From Smithella sp. SCADC (GTDB lineage: Bacteria > Desulfobacterota > Syntrophia > Syntrophales > Smithellaceae), in the NCBI GenBank assembly GCA_000747625.2, contig JQDQ01000168.1, forward strand, positions 1 through 53,656: a DNA stretch of 53,656 bases, in the 5' to 3' direction. Shown piece after piece: positions 39,144 to 49,418 of this stretch (positions are counted from its first letter, which is position 1; every line of letters begins with the position of its first letter). A program made the translations under genes and the position numbers. The notes under the pieces are model-generated. The model made no database searches. It was not told the DNA's origin and saw nothing but the letters and a program-made list of their open reading frames with translations.

Positions 39144-39167
39144 CAATAATTTCCAATTAATTTAAAA

Positions 39168-40247
39168 TCACGCTCCTTGTTTGGGAATAACGCTTTTTAA
39201 CACCCTTAGGAAGCTATCGTTTTCTTTACGATTTCCTACTGTAACCCTCATGCAGTTGGGTATCAGTGACGGTATATTCAAATTTTTTACAACTATACCT
39301 TCCGCAACTAATTGTTTGTATATGCGATCCGAATCAAAAGCGCAACTAAAAAATATAAAATTTGCCTGAGAGGGAAAAGGCTTAATTCCGGCAATTTTCT
39401 GCAAACCCAGATAAAGTTCCTCACGTCTTTTGATTATTTCTTCAACTTGCCTGGAAAATTCGTCCTGATAGTCAAGGAAAAAACTGGCGGCTATTTGTGA
39501 TAATGAATTGATATTATAAGGTAATCTTACTTTATCTAAGTGAGCAACGATGTCCGGATTAGCGATTAAAAATCCCAGTCGCATTGAGGCTAACCCCAAT
39601 TTGGACAGCGTTTTCAGGAAAATCAGATTATCGTATTTTTTTAGCAGAGGAAGCAGGGTCTGGCCGGAAAAGCTGGCATAAGCTTCATCAATAACAACCA
39701 TACCTGGAGATTTTTTGATGATAGTTTCTATTTTAGCCCGGCTGAAAAGATTACCGGTGGGAGCATTCGGATAACTTAAGAACACCAGAGCAGGAAAATT
39801 TTCTTTTACCTTGTCAATAATGGCGTCGCAATCAAGATCAAATTTCTTGTTCAGGGGCACTTCCACCACTTTATTGCCGGTGTTAGCCGCTATAATCTTG
39901 TACATGGAAAAAGCGGGAACGGGAACCAACACGCCATTTATTTTGCCTTTTAGCGTCAGACAAAGGATTTGAATCAGTTCGTCAGAACCGTTGCCTGGCA
40001 TAATCATATCCTTATCCACGCCGTAATATTGAGCAAATCCTTCGCGTAATTCGGGAGCGTCGGCCACGGGATAACGGTTTAAATCAATCCTGGCCATTTT
40101 TTCGAAAAGTTTTCTTTTCAGATGTTCCTGAATGGTAAAAGGATTTTCATTGGCATCCATCTTTATCGCGCCCGTAACCTCCGGCGCCATATAGCCGCGT
40201 TGCTTAAATATTTCTTTATTGACGATGTCTTTCAAAATCATGGCCAT
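39168..40247 (-). CDS. hisC: Histidinol-phosphate aminotransferase
   Basis: DANENPF, NRYP, GNGSDE, PNAPTG, DEAY, TLSK.GLA..RLG. Confidence 0.92.
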   Translation of the reverse strand: MAMILKDIVNKEIFKQRGYMAPEVTGAIKMDANENPFTIQEHLKRKLFEKMARIDLNRYPVADAPELREGFAQYYGVDKDMIMPGNGSDELIQILCLTLKGKINGVLVPVPAFSMYKIIAANTGNKVVEVPLNKKFDLDCDAIIDKVKENFPALVFLSYPNAPTGNLFSRAKIETIIKKSPGMVVIDEAYASFSGQTLLPLLKKYDNLIFLKTLSKLGLASMRLGFLIANPDIVAHLDKVRLPYNINSLSQIAASFFLDYQDEFSRQVEEIIKRREELYLGLQKIAGIKPFPSQANFIFFSCAFDSDRIYKQLVAEGIVVKNLNIPSLIPNCMRVTVGNRKENDSFLRVLKSVIPKQGA

Positions 40248-40253
40248 AAAAAC

Positions 40254-41072
40254 CTAATTAAAAATGTTTTCACCTTGTATATTCCAACGGGTATTATTGT
40301 ATTTTCCCATTAATTCATTTTTTAAAGTTTCTTCCGCGGATGTTAAAGTTTCTTCCACCAGATCTATCCCCAGCTCATCGATAAAACCTTTTTTCAATTG
40401 AAAACAAATTCCCCGCGCATCAACCGGTGAAGCAATTTCTTCGTTGACCGCTGTCACTGTTTCTCTTAGTTGTTCTACTTGCCGGGATGTGCGCGAAGGC
40501 AATAAAAAATCCGCTGTCTTCACCGGATCAAAAGCTAAAAGCAATGAACCATGCTGTAAAAATCCACCTCGTCTTCTCACCTGAGCGCTGCCGCAAATTT
40601 TACGCCCTTTAACTAAAAGCTCATTTTTAGAAGGAACCGAAAAGCAGTAAGTTTCAGCTTTTTGTGCCGGCAAAACCCGGCCACTTTCGACTAAATCCGC
40701 CTTTATTCCCAAATAAGCCAGGCCGCAAGCGATACATTTGCTGATTACTTTATATGTTCCCGGAATATCGGGCGGGAATAATTTTTCCTGATCCGGGGCT
40801 ACAACAGAATAAGTAATTTCATCAAAATGGAAAACGGCTTTTCCCCCTGTTATTCTTCTGGCGACATCAATTCCGGCGCTGTAACATTTTTCGATATTTA
40901 CTTCCTTTCTTGCGTCTTGAAAATAACCAATGGAAATTGCCACCGGCCGCGAATTATAAAATCTAATCGTGGGGGATTTTTTGTTTTTTATGGTTTCATT
41001 GAAAATCGCCTCATCTATAGCCATGTTTTCGAATATATTATGATATTGAAAATTTAATAGTCTCCATGACAT
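40254..41072 (-). CDS. Lipoate-protein ligase A family / LipM-like octanoyltransferase
   Basis: NMAIDEA, RRITGGKAVFH, CF, KICGSAQ, LQHGS; adjacent to gcvH. Confidence 0.88.
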   Translation of the reverse strand: MSWRLLNFQYHNIFENMAIDEAIFNETIKNKKSPTIRFYNSRPVAISIGYFQDARKEVNIEKCYSAGIDVARRITGGKAVFHFDEITYSVVAPDQEKLFPPDIPGTYKVISKCIACGLAYLGIKADLVESGRVLPAQKAETYCFSVPSKNELLVKGRKICGSAQVRRRGGFLQHGSLLLAFDPVKTADFLLPSRTSRQVEQLRETVTAVNEEIASPVDARGICFQLKKGFIDELGIDLVEETLTSAEETLKNELMGKYNNTRWNIQGENIFN

Positions 41073-41086
41073 AGATAACGATCAGT

Positions 41087-41476
41087 CTATTTTTTTTGTG
41101 TTATAAAATCATGGTAACTGGAAGCAACCATAAGATCATCTATTTGATCCAAATTATCCATTTCAATGATAATCAGCCATCCGGTATCATAGGGATCTCT
41201 GTTTATTATATCGCTGTCGTCGATAATATCTTCATTAACAACAACTATAGTGCCACTGACGGGAGCAATCAAATCCACTACTTCTTTGACGGATTCGATG
41301 GAACCAAATGTTTCGTCGCATTCCACATAAGTATCGGCTTCAAGAAATTCAACGGAGAGAATATCTCCCAGTCTTTCCTGGACATAATCGGTAATTCCTA
41401 TCGTGGCCATAGATCCATCAACCCGGACCCACACGTGTTCGGAACTATAAAGCACATCTTCCGGAAACACTTTCAT
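41087..41476 (-). CDS. gcvH: Glycine cleavage H protein / lipoyl carrier
   Basis: YSSEHVW, IGITDY, IESVK (lipoyl Lys), PVSG, DPY..GW. Confidence 0.9.
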   Translation of the reverse strand: MKVFPEDVLYSSEHVWVRVDGSMATIGITDYVQERLGDILSVEFLEADTYVECDETFGSIESVKEVVDLIAPVSGTIVVVNEDIIDDSDIINRDPYDTGWLIIIEMDNLDQIDDLMVASSYHDFITQKK

Positions 41477-41495
41477 AACAGCACAACCTCTGCTT

Positions 41496-42581
41496 TTATT
41501 CTATAATTGTAAGTTCTTTATCCATTTTTGTAATCTTTTCGCAACTATTTTCTTTCACCAGCGCCGTATCTTCGATTCGTATGCCCCAAAGCCCCGGGAT
41601 ATACAAACCAGGTTCAATAGTTACAACCATATTTGGCTTTAAAATATCAGTGGAATGGGAGGCCAAACGTGGCGCTTCATGAACTTCCAAACCTACACCA
41701 TGCCCTGTACCATGAACAAAGTACCGGACGTATTTTTCTCCAAAAACGCTTCGGACACACCGGTCAATACCGGCTGCGGAAACGTTTGCCTTAACACAAG
41801 ATAAAGCCCGATCATGAGCGTTTTTCACCATTTGATAAGCATTTTTTTGCCTGTCTGTCAATTTCCCAAAAGCAATTGTACAGGTTTCATCCGAGCAATA
41901 GCCCTTATACTTAACGCCAAAATCGATAACAACAAAATCGCCTTTTTTTATTTTTCTATCCGTTGGTTTAGCATGGGGGAAAGCGGCGTTTTCCCCTGCG
42001 GCAACAATCACTCCAAACGCGAGTTCATCGGCCCCGGCTCTTCGCGCTTCAATTTCCAATTCCAGCGCCACTTCCTTTTCCGTAAAACCGGGCTTTATTT
42101 TACCTATCAGTGAGCGAATGGAAGAAGAGGAAATTTCCGCGGCTTTTTTCATCAGCGCTATTTCTGCTTTGTCTTTGTATGCCCGAAGCAACTTCAACTC
42201 ATCATTTAAAGCAATCAATACTCCCTGACGCACATGGCTTGTCAATTGATTGTACATTCCCAGGGTTATAGAATTCGCTTCAACACCAATACGTTTTAAT
42301 TTAAACTTTTTTATCGCCTGATTGATTCCTTCAATTTTATCCTTGTATTCTATTATCCGCAGACCGTTCGTTTCCATGCCGGCCTGAGTAATGTAACGGC
42401 CATCAACAAGCAAATTTGTTTCATCGGAATTAATCAAAAGGACACCTTCACTGCCTGTAAAACCGGAGAGGTAACGGATATTGTTCATATTAAAAAAAAT
42501 CAGACTATCGATTTTGCAGGAAGAAAATTTTCTCCGAAGGCGGGATATTCTATCCGGTAATTCTTTATTTGTTTGTGGCAT
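41496..42581 (-). CDS. Xaa-Pro peptidase (M24 family)
   Basis: YLSGFTGS, DGRY, IDFG..Y.SD.T, HGTGHGVGLEVHE, EPG.Y, RIED. Confidence 0.92.
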   Translation of the reverse strand: MPQTNKELPDRISRLRRKFSSCKIDSLIFFNMNNIRYLSGFTGSEGVLLINSDETNLLVDGRYITQAGMETNGLRIIEYKDKIEGINQAIKKFKLKRIGVEANSITLGMYNQLTSHVRQGVLIALNDELKLLRAYKDKAEIALMKKAAEISSSSIRSLIGKIKPGFTEKEVALELEIEARRAGADELAFGVIVAAGENAAFPHAKPTDRKIKKGDFVVIDFGVKYKGYCSDETCTIAFGKLTDRQKNAYQMVKNAHDRALSCVKANVSAAGIDRCVRSVFGEKYVRYFVHGTGHGVGLEVHEAPRLASHSTDILKPNMVVTIEPGLYIPGLWGIRIEDTALVKENSCEKITKMDKELTIIE

Positions 42582-43251
42582 GTATTTTCAACCTATCGAC
42601 ATTTTTAAGCCAGGAGGACAACGTCTTAATCAGTTTATCCGGATCAAATTTTTCAACAACGATTGACGAGGAATCAAGTGATTTTTTGAGCGAATCAAGT
42701 TTTGCAGCGGCCTGAATGTTTTGCGGTTCTTTTTTTATTATTTCTTCAAGGATTTTTCGCGCTACCGGCAAGTGACCTTGTCTGATATAAAGCTCCGCAA
42801 GAGTCACTGTAAACAATTCCGGTTCAGGAATATTTTCATCTGTTATATCAATTTCATTTACAGGATGATCTTCCTGATCAAGAAGAGTCATTTTTTCAAT
42901 AACCATTCTCGCGTCTTCAGCGCCGGGATGCAAAGAAAGAAATTTCTCGTAACAAAACGCGGCATCCTGATGGAAACCACTTTTCCGGTAAACATCACCT
43001 ATCCGGTCATAGACAAAAGACAATTCCGAAATAATATTGCCAACATCACGCAAAATATCACGCGCTTCATCAATTCTTCCCCTGCCGATGAGAGCGCTGC
43101 CGGCAACGACGTAGGCATCGGCATCGGCGGACAAAAACCTGAGACGCTCCTGTGCGAGATTCAATGCGCCGGGAAACTTGTTTAGCTCCAGCAGTTTTTC
43201 CGCTTCATTAAGAAAATTTTTCCGGTCTTTCTCAGAAGTATTGTTTTCCAT
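42565..43251 (-). CDS. Tetratricopeptide repeat protein
   Basis: TPR helices; T.TLAELY..QG motif; start set to MENN at 43251. Confidence 0.75.
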   Translation of the reverse strand: MENNTSEKDRKNFLNEAEKLLELNKFPGALNLAQERLRFLSADADAYVVAGSALIGRGRIDEARDILRDVGNIISELSFVYDRIGDVYRKSGFHQDAAFCYEKFLSLHPGAEDARMVIEKMTLLDQEDHPVNEIDITDENIPEPELFTVTLAELYIRQGHLPVARKILEEIIKKEPQNIQAAAKLDSLKKSLDSSSIVVEKFDPDKLIKTLSSWLKNVDRLKIHATNK

Positions 43252-43351
43252 ATTTTTCGGATAATCGATTAAATAAATAAGGATTTTTCGCGCTAAGTAA
43301 CACAGCCGGTATATTGTGTCAAGGCTGGAAAGAAGCAATGTTACGTTTAGA

Positions 43352-44116
43352 TTATTTCAAGGACTGCAAATAATTTTTAGCAAGCCGTCCGAAAGAAGAG
43401 TCCGGCGATAATCTAACAACGGTCTGAAACGCTTTTTTAGCATTTTTATTATCTTCAGTCCTGAAATAACACTGACCCAATAAAAATTGAGCATCCACAA
43501 GAGAAGGATCTAATTCCACGGATTTCTTAAAATGACGAATAGCTTCCAGAGGGTTATCCTGATCAAAATAAATTAATCCCATATTTTTCTCAATTTGCGG
43601 TCGTAACGTGGTTCGGGGATCGGCATTAAGCGCTTCCTGATATTTCGCTATAGCCTTATTATAATCTTTTTTGGAATAGTAAGCCCAGGCCATATTATAA
43701 AGGGCCATTGCGGGCGTATCGTATAAATGATTACTGAGAGCTTCTTCAAACTCCTCAATTGCCTGGTCCCAAAGTCCGCTGTCTAAATACAACGTACCCA
43801 AAAAATTATGCGCTTCAGAATAATTTTCATCCAGAGAGATTGCTTCTTTAAATTCCTCTATGGCTTTATCCTTCATGCCTTTTCCATGGTAAGATATGCC
43901 TAAATAATAATGAACTTTGGGGTTGCCGGAATAGTATTTTTCAGATTCCAGCAACTCTTTCAGGGCGCTGTTATACTGACCGGCGCCAATATAAGAAATG
44001 CCTTTGTTCAAAAAAAGTTCTGATTGTTCTCTGTGCCAGGGGGTATAAGTACAGGAGGAACAAAGAAGTATTGTCAGACAAACGAAAAACAAGGAAGTTT
44101 TATTTATAATTGTCAC
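43352..44116 (-). CDS. TPR lipoprotein, PilF/PilW/Tgl-like pilotin
   Basis: Lipobox CSSC; tandem TPRs (YSEAHN.LG, Y.TP..A.YN); overlaps the end of pilQ. Confidence 0.82.
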   Translation of the reverse strand: MTIINKTSLFFVCLTILLCSSCTYTPWHREQSELFLNKGISYIGAGQYNSALKELLESEKYYSGNPKVHYYLGISYHGKGMKDKAIEEFKEAISLDENYSEAHNFLGTLYLDSGLWDQAIEEFEEALSNHLYDTPAMALYNMAWAYYSKKDYNKAIAKYQEALNADPRTTLRPQIEKNMGLIYFDQDNPLEAIRHFKKSVELDPSLVDAQFLLGQCYFRTEDNKNAKKAFQTVVRLSPDSSFGRLAKNYLQSLK

Positions 44117-45887
44117 CTTTTAATATCTTGGGTGTCACAAAAACTAACAGCTGTTTTTTGTTACGATTTATATTCTCGGTTTTAAATAACCAGCCCAGAA
44201 CGGGGATCTTCTGCAGCCAGGGCCATCCACTTACCGATGTAGATTCATCAATCGACATAACTCCGCCAACAACAACTGTGTCTCCATCACTAATAACAAC
44301 CTTTGATTCAATCTCACTTTTCTTGATGGGAGGATTACCCTGCACTTCCTTTCCCCAATCGGGGCTGTCATTACTGGCCTTGATGTCCATGGAAATTTTT
44401 CCTTCATCAGTTATTTTGGGCGTTACTTCCAATTTCAATAAGGCTTCTTTAAAAGAAACAGTTGCCGGCGAAGTACCGGATGCCGGAGTTGTATACGGGA
44501 CCTCCGTGCCCTGCTTAATAATAGCTTTAATGCCCTCCATAGTCACAACTTTGGGCGCAGAAATCAATTTCCCTGTACCGTTCTCTACCAAAGCGGCCAA
44601 TTGAGTTTCGAGAAAGCCCGTTGCGCCGCCAAATACCAGACCAATAACCGGCCCCGTCACCGCAGCGGGGAAATTTACCGCCGCCATGGCTAAACTTTTA
44701 CCCGAAATGCCATCAATATTGACACCGGCTTGAGAAGGATAATTTTGTGTATATCGAGTTGGTGTTGTAGATGTAGAGCTGCCACCGGTTACACCCAGAC
44801 CATAAGTGCCGTCACTGACTTTCTGCTGATTTCCAAAGCCCCACTCAACTCCGATTTTTCTGACAAAATCTTCGGTCGCCTCGACAATCTTTGCTTCAAT
44901 TAATACTTGTTTTAACAAACCTTTTTCCGCCATCATTTTTTGTTCTCTGGCTTTCCGTTCGTCGTCAGCCTTATTTTGATCATCCGCAGCCCTCGCTTTG
45001 TCAGCTTCATCTTTTTTCTTTCTATCCAGGGTTGTTACTGTAATGATATGGCCTGTTTGCCTTTTAGTTAAACTATTCAAGTCCAATATCGTATCCAAAG
45101 CCTGCTTCCATGGAACATTTTTCATAGATAAAGTTATAGAACCCTTTACATCTTCGCTGGAGACAATACTGACATTACCGGATTCAGCCATCAGACGTAA
45201 GACACTCTTTATATCCGCATCTTGAAAATCAAGGTCTATTATTCGATCCATACCCTTGACTGCTTCAGTCTTGAAAGGTTTTACTTCTGTCTCTTCACCT
45301 TTCTTAACATCACTGCCTGTTACAGTTTCCGCACTGACTTTTGCTGTCGCTTTTCTTCCTGTGGTTACAGGAGTTTTTCCTTTAATTTTCCGGGAATCAT
45401 TATCCTTCTTCTCCAATAAACTGGCAATGTTAAAATCAATAAACAAATTCTGCCCATCTTGTCTTATTGCAAAAGGAACAATCTTTTTAATATCAACAGT
45501 TAAATAAACCCATCGTTTACCTTTTATTAGTTGTTGCGAAGGTGTTACGCTTATAATATTGTTCAACTCGCCTTCTCCCAACGGCCGGCACAGGCTTTCA
45601 GGGACAGTCATATTTTCCAATTTTATCAGATAGCTGCCATTATTCTTACTTCTCATATCAATAACCGGCTTTTGGGACACAACAAGATGAATTCTTTCTT
45701 TCCCGGACAATTTCTCCAATAAAACATTTTCCAGATTCCCTACATTGGCAACAACAGCCGCTGACTTGTCTTCAGATGATTTGTTTTTATCTGTTGTTTC
45801 CAAGGCGGAAGAAACACCTGCAATATATGTAAAAATCCAAATAGTAATTGTAAAAACAAGAAATGTTTTGGATAAATATTTTTTCAT
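44100..45887 (-). CDS. pilQ: Type IV pilus secretin
   Basis: LDFQDADI, VPW.QALD, QVLIEAKIVE, L.LEVTP.IT, P.L.KIP.LGWLFK. Confidence 0.95.
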   Translation of the reverse strand: MKKYLSKTFLVFTITIWIFTYIAGVSSALETTDKNKSSEDKSAAVVANVGNLENVLLEKLSGKERIHLVVSQKPVIDMRSKNNGSYLIKLENMTVPESLCRPLGEGELNNIISVTPSQQLIKGKRWVYLTVDIKKIVPFAIRQDGQNLFIDFNIASLLEKKDNDSRKIKGKTPVTTGRKATAKVSAETVTGSDVKKGEETEVKPFKTEAVKGMDRIIDLDFQDADIKSVLRLMAESGNVSIVSSEDVKGSITLSMKNVPWKQALDTILDLNSLTKRQTGHIITVTTLDRKKKDEADKARAADDQNKADDERKAREQKMMAEKGLLKQVLIEAKIVEATEDFVRKIGVEWGFGNQQKVSDGTYGLGVTGGSSTSTTPTRYTQNYPSQAGVNIDGISGKSLAMAAVNFPAAVTGPVIGLVFGGATGFLETQLAALVENGTGKLISAPKVVTMEGIKAIIKQGTEVPYTTPASGTSPATVSFKEALLKLEVTPKITDEGKISMDIKASNDSPDWGKEVQGNPPIKKSEIESKVVISDGDTVVVGGVMSIDESTSVSGWPWLQKIPVLGWLFKTENINRNKKQLLVFVTPKILKGDNYK

Positions 45888-45901
45888 GATCTTACCTCTT
45901 T

Positions 45902-46381
45902 TTAATTTTTGCGCAGTTTTAAAATTACCCTTCTTGGTTTTTTTGTTTCATATTCTTCTATGATGACACGATCAGCCATAATTTCGATTACTTTACCATT
46001 ATATAAACCAATGTGAGTCCCTTTATGTAAAGTATAGAACTTTTTTGCCGTATCTTCACAAATAGCCACTCGATGATCTTTATCGCCGGCAATTCCCACT
46101 ATCCGGTATTTTTCAGCATCGGCCCTTTGCAATGGGAACATAGAAACCTCTGCTTTTTTGAGAACTTGCTTTTTTGCAACAGCGACATCTACTGTTACGA
46201 AAGGCCGGAAGGGATCAGGTTTGCCTAATGGATTATAGCTGTAATTGTCTATGGGAGCTGTTGTAACCGGCGGCTGAATTTGCGTTGTCATTGCGGCCGG
46301 AGTTGCATTTGCCGCAGCGCCGGTCAATGGATTTAAAATAATTATAAAAGTGCTGATAATGGCAAATTTTATTTTTTTCAT
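45902..46381 (-). CDS. pilP: Type IV pilus assembly protein PilP
   Basis: YNP.GKPDPF.P, PLQ, G..IG...G.V..I; operon position. Confidence 0.85.
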   Translation of the reverse strand: MKKIKFAIISTFIIILNPLTGAAANATPAAMTTQIQPPVTTAPIDNYSYNPLGKPDPFRPFVTVDVAVAKKQVLKKAEVSMFPLQRADAEKYRIVGIAGDKDHRVAICEDTAKKFYTLHKGTHIGLYNGKVIEIMADRVIIEEYETKKPRRVILKLRKN

Positions 46382-47112
46382 TTTGTTTTTTCACTTACTT
46401 TTTCTTTTTTATCAATAAACATGTACGTCTTAATCGTACAGGTTGTGGCAACAACATATCCTTTTCCTTTTACTTCTTTCCTGTCTCCGATGGTTATATC
46501 GGAAACATTGATAATTCTCGGCAATTGAGCCACTTTGTTAAAAAAGTAAAGGATGTTTTGATAAGTACCGATTACCGAAACTCCCACCGGTATTTCTTCG
46601 TAAAACGGTTCCGCTGCCGGTGCGGCGCCTTTCTTATCTCCGGCAGCCGCAGGATTAGCATTAGAGGCTTCTCCTTGCCGTTGATCCGAAGGCTTAAGTA
46701 ATCCCGCTGTTTTTTGTATTCCGGTGGGTTGTTTCTCCAGCGTTTTGGGCACTGCCGGTTTAGGTTCAAATAACAGAAATTCAACACCAGCATCCTTCCC
46801 TGCTAATGCAACAGAATGAAAAAGCGCCGGTATTTCTTTTTGGTTGGGAAGTTTCAGCAGGGCTACTTTATAATTTTCTGTTAATTTCGCAACGTCAGCC
46901 TTGTATTGATCAATCTGCCTGGCAACTTTTTCTTTTTCTTTAATTTTCGATTCTATCTCTGTATATTTATTATTAAGAGAAGATCTCTTTTCTATTGCTG
47001 AAGATAAAAAATAGAACCAATCCAGATAGCCGATAATGAAAACAAGCAAACATACAACCAACACTTTGGCTTTAGGTGACATTTTCTTTATATCATTCAA
47101 TGTGATGGCCAT
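46378..47112 (-). CDS. pilO: Type IV pilus assembly protein PilO
   Basis: N-terminal TM, LP..KEIP.L, FY.E.P, V..LPRI.NV. Confidence 0.92.
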   Translation of the reverse strand: MAITLNDIKKMSPKAKVLVVCLLVFIIGYLDWFYFLSSAIEKRSSLNNKYTEIESKIKEKEKVARQIDQYKADVAKLTENYKVALLKLPNQKEIPALFHSVALAGKDAGVEFLLFEPKPAVPKTLEKQPTGIQKTAGLLKPSDQRQGEASNANPAAAGDKKGAAPAAEPFYEEIPVGVSVIGTYQNILYFFNKVAQLPRIINVSDITIGDRKEVKGKGYVVATTCTIKTYMFIDKKEKVSEKTK

Positions 47113-47115
47113 ATA

Positions 47116-47661
47116 TTAGAATCCTTTTTTCAAGATGCAGGAAAAATTAAACTGTTGCAAAGTAACGCCGGCAATCTCCGTCTTTTTCGATGAAATTAAA
47201 TCCACTGATTTTATCGGATCAAATTTCTCAACATCTTTCATAAAATCGGCGACAATGATATTGTCTCTGCCAATACCTTCAATGTTAAGGCGATCCTCTT
47301 TCTGGGTTATCTTGACGAGCCAGATATCTTTAGGAACAAGCATAGCCAGATTGTCTAAAGTTTTTACCGGCGCTAAACGGTTTTCTTCTAAAGTTGCAAT
47401 TACGCCCAGTTTTTGTTCCAACTCCTTTTTATCATTTTTATACTTTTCCAGATCACCTATTTTTTTATCTAATGCCACCAGCGTAGCTTCCGCAGTTTTT
47501 ACCTTACTTTCCAAATTACTAATTGAAGAATTTATCCAAACCTGCAACCACACAAGCAAAAGAATCAATACGACAAATGAACCTACAGCAATGAATATCT
47601 GCTGGCTAAGATTTTCTTTTTTTTCTTTTTCGCGATAGGGTAAAAGGTTTATTTTTATCAT
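47116..47661 (-). CDS. pilN: Type IV pilus assembly protein PilN
   Basis: IKINLLP, TM plus coiled coil, P..IWL. Confidence 0.92.
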   Translation of the reverse strand: MIKINLLPYREKEKKENLSQQIFIAVGSFVVLILLLVWLQVWINSSISNLESKVKTAEATLVALDKKIGDLEKYKNDKKELEQKLGVIATLEENRLAPVKTLDNLAMLVPKDIWLVKITQKEDRLNIEGIGRDNIIVADFMKDVEKFDPIKSVDLISSKKTEIAGVTLQQFNFSCILKKGF

Positions 47662-48740
47662 TTGTCGCCTATCTTCCTTAAGCCTAAACCTATAACTGCC
47701 GCTGCAATTGGCTTAATGCTTTCTATATTCTTTGCGTCAATGTTTCTTTTATTATAGCCAATTTTTAAAAACGGATTGATTAATTCAATTCTCACATTAA
47801 GCTTTTCTGATAAACTTGTAACCAAATTGGAAATTTTAGCCGATCCACCGGAAAGCAATACGCGCTTAATGTATTCGCCGCCAAAAGTTGAATGAAAATA
47901 ATCCACGGACCTTTCGATTTCCAGGCAAATAGGCTTGGCAAACTCCAGAATGCTGTTTTTTAAATCCAGGTTATCTTCTTCACTGCCGTTGGGCAGACCT
48001 TCTATTTTGATTTTTTCTGCTTCCTCAAAAGTCAACTTATATTTTTCCTGCAAACCTTCAGTAATAGCGTTTCCGGCCAAAGCAAAATCTCTCGTAAATA
48101 TTGACATACCGCCCTTAATAACATTGATGCCGGTAGTACTTGCTCCGATATTTATAATTACAGCGGTTTCATCGTTATTAAATTCATAATTAGCTTCATA
48201 CACAGTTTCCAAAACAAAAGGAGCGACATCCATAATCATTACATTCAGGCCGGCGGCGGTGATTGCCTCAAGATAACCACTAACCACATCTTTTTTTGCC
48301 GCCACAATAATTATATCCATTTGATTAGGGTTATAGTTATTATCGCCCAAAATCTGGAAGTCATAATTAACATCTTCCATATTATCAAAAGGCAAATACT
48401 TGCCTGCTTCATCATGGATCAAATCACGCAATTCTGCTTCATTCATTTGATCCAATGTTACCTTTTTTATAATAACCGAACTGCCCGCCAGAGAAGTTAC
48501 TATTCCTTTGTGTTTGCAACCGGAATTTTTGAAGAGTTCTTTGATTTTTAAAGATAATGCACTGGAATCAGCTAAAACACCATCGATAATTGTACCCTTG
48601 GTTAAGGGAACCTGAAGGAAGCGGTTAAGAACAGGCCCATGAGAGCTACTGACGACTTCACCCAGTTTTAAAGAACTTGAACCGATATCTAAACCAACCA
48701 GGCTCTTTTTACGCGAAAAAATTTCTTTTAAGTTTAGCAT
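47658..48740 (-). CDS. pilM: Type IV pilus assembly protein PilM
   Basis: GLDIGSSS.K, YLPF, NIGA..T, LSGGSA, A..GL.LR. Confidence 0.94.
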   Translation of the reverse strand: MLNLKEIFSRKKSLVGLDIGSSSLKLGEVVSSSHGPVLNRFLQVPLTKGTIIDGVLADSSALSLKIKELFKNSGCKHKGIVTSLAGSSVIIKKVTLDQMNEAELRDLIHDEAGKYLPFDNMEDVNYDFQILGDNNYNPNQMDIIIVAAKKDVVSGYLEAITAAGLNVMIMDVAPFVLETVYEANYEFNNDETAVIINIGASTTGINVIKGGMSIFTRDFALAGNAITEGLQEKYKLTFEEAEKIKIEGLPNGSEEDNLDLKNSILEFAKPICLEIERSVDYFHSTFGGEYIKRVLLSGGSAKISNLVTSLSEKLNVRIELINPFLKIGYNKRNIDAKNIESIKPIAAAVIGLGLRKIGDK

Positions 48741-48783
48741 TAAAGCACCGTCATATAGTTTTTAACGAAACACTTTCCTCTCG

Positions 48784-49050
48784 TCATTTTGCCCACCTGT
48801 AAACAACATCTCCTTTTTTAACCATACCTAATTCATTTCGGGCCATTGCTTCTATGTAACTGGAATCGTTACGCAATAAAAGTATCTTCTTTTTTAATTC
48901 ATCGTTTTCCATAGTTATTTCATTGTTTTGCAACTTCAATTGAGCCAATCGTTTGCTCATAAGATAGTTATCAACAAATCCCCTGTTGCCAAACGTTATC
49001 AAAAGCGCCATGAGCGCTAAAAAACCAACAAGATATCTTCCTATCTTCAT
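48784..49050 (-). CDS. ftsB: Septum formation initiator FtsB/DivIC family protein
   Basis: TM then FG.RG, coiled coil, YIE..AR.ELGMVK.G. Confidence 0.85.
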   Translation of the reverse strand: MKIGRYLVGFLALMALLITFGNRGFVDNYLMSKRLAQLKLQNNEITMENDELKKKILLLRNDSSYIEAMARNELGMVKKGDVVYRWAK

Positions 49051-49110
49051 TTGAAATCAATTTCCACCAGTTCAATACGATAAAAAAATGATGTGCCCTT
49101 TTACTTTTTT

Positions 49111-49308
49111 TCAAGGGAACACTTCTTCATACGGTTTCTGCAATGCTTTGGCTACTTTCAATTCAGAATTCTTTCTAGTAGACAAACCTTTCTCCATTTT
49201 AGCGATTGTTTGCGGGGTCAATCCCGCCTTTCTCGCCAATTCAGATATACTCAGAGGAATTGTTTCTCGAAATTTTTTTACGTGATTTTTATTGATATTA
49301 TCTACCAT
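49111..49308 (-). CDS. Small XRE-family HTH protein
   Basis: N.VK..RE...S.SELARKAGL...TI.KMEKG. Confidence 0.82.
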   Translation of the reverse strand: MVDNINKNHVKKFRETIPLSISELARKAGLTPQTIAKMEKGLSTRKNSELKVAKALQKPYEEVFP

Positions 49309-49371
49309 AAATTAAAGTTTTCCCTTGTTATGGTTATTAAAAAACATTAATTTCAGCAAAAAGTCAAGAAA

Positions 49372-49404
49372 ATTAATGAATATTAATGAATATTAATGAA
49401 TATT
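49372..49404. repeat. Three tandem 10-bp direct repeats (ATTAATGAAT) upstream of the HTH-ftsB-pil genes
   Basis: ATTAATGAAT x3 then ATT, next to a minus-strand TTGACT at 49367-49362. Confidence 0.75.
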
Positions 49405-49418
49405 GATAATTGTTAGAT

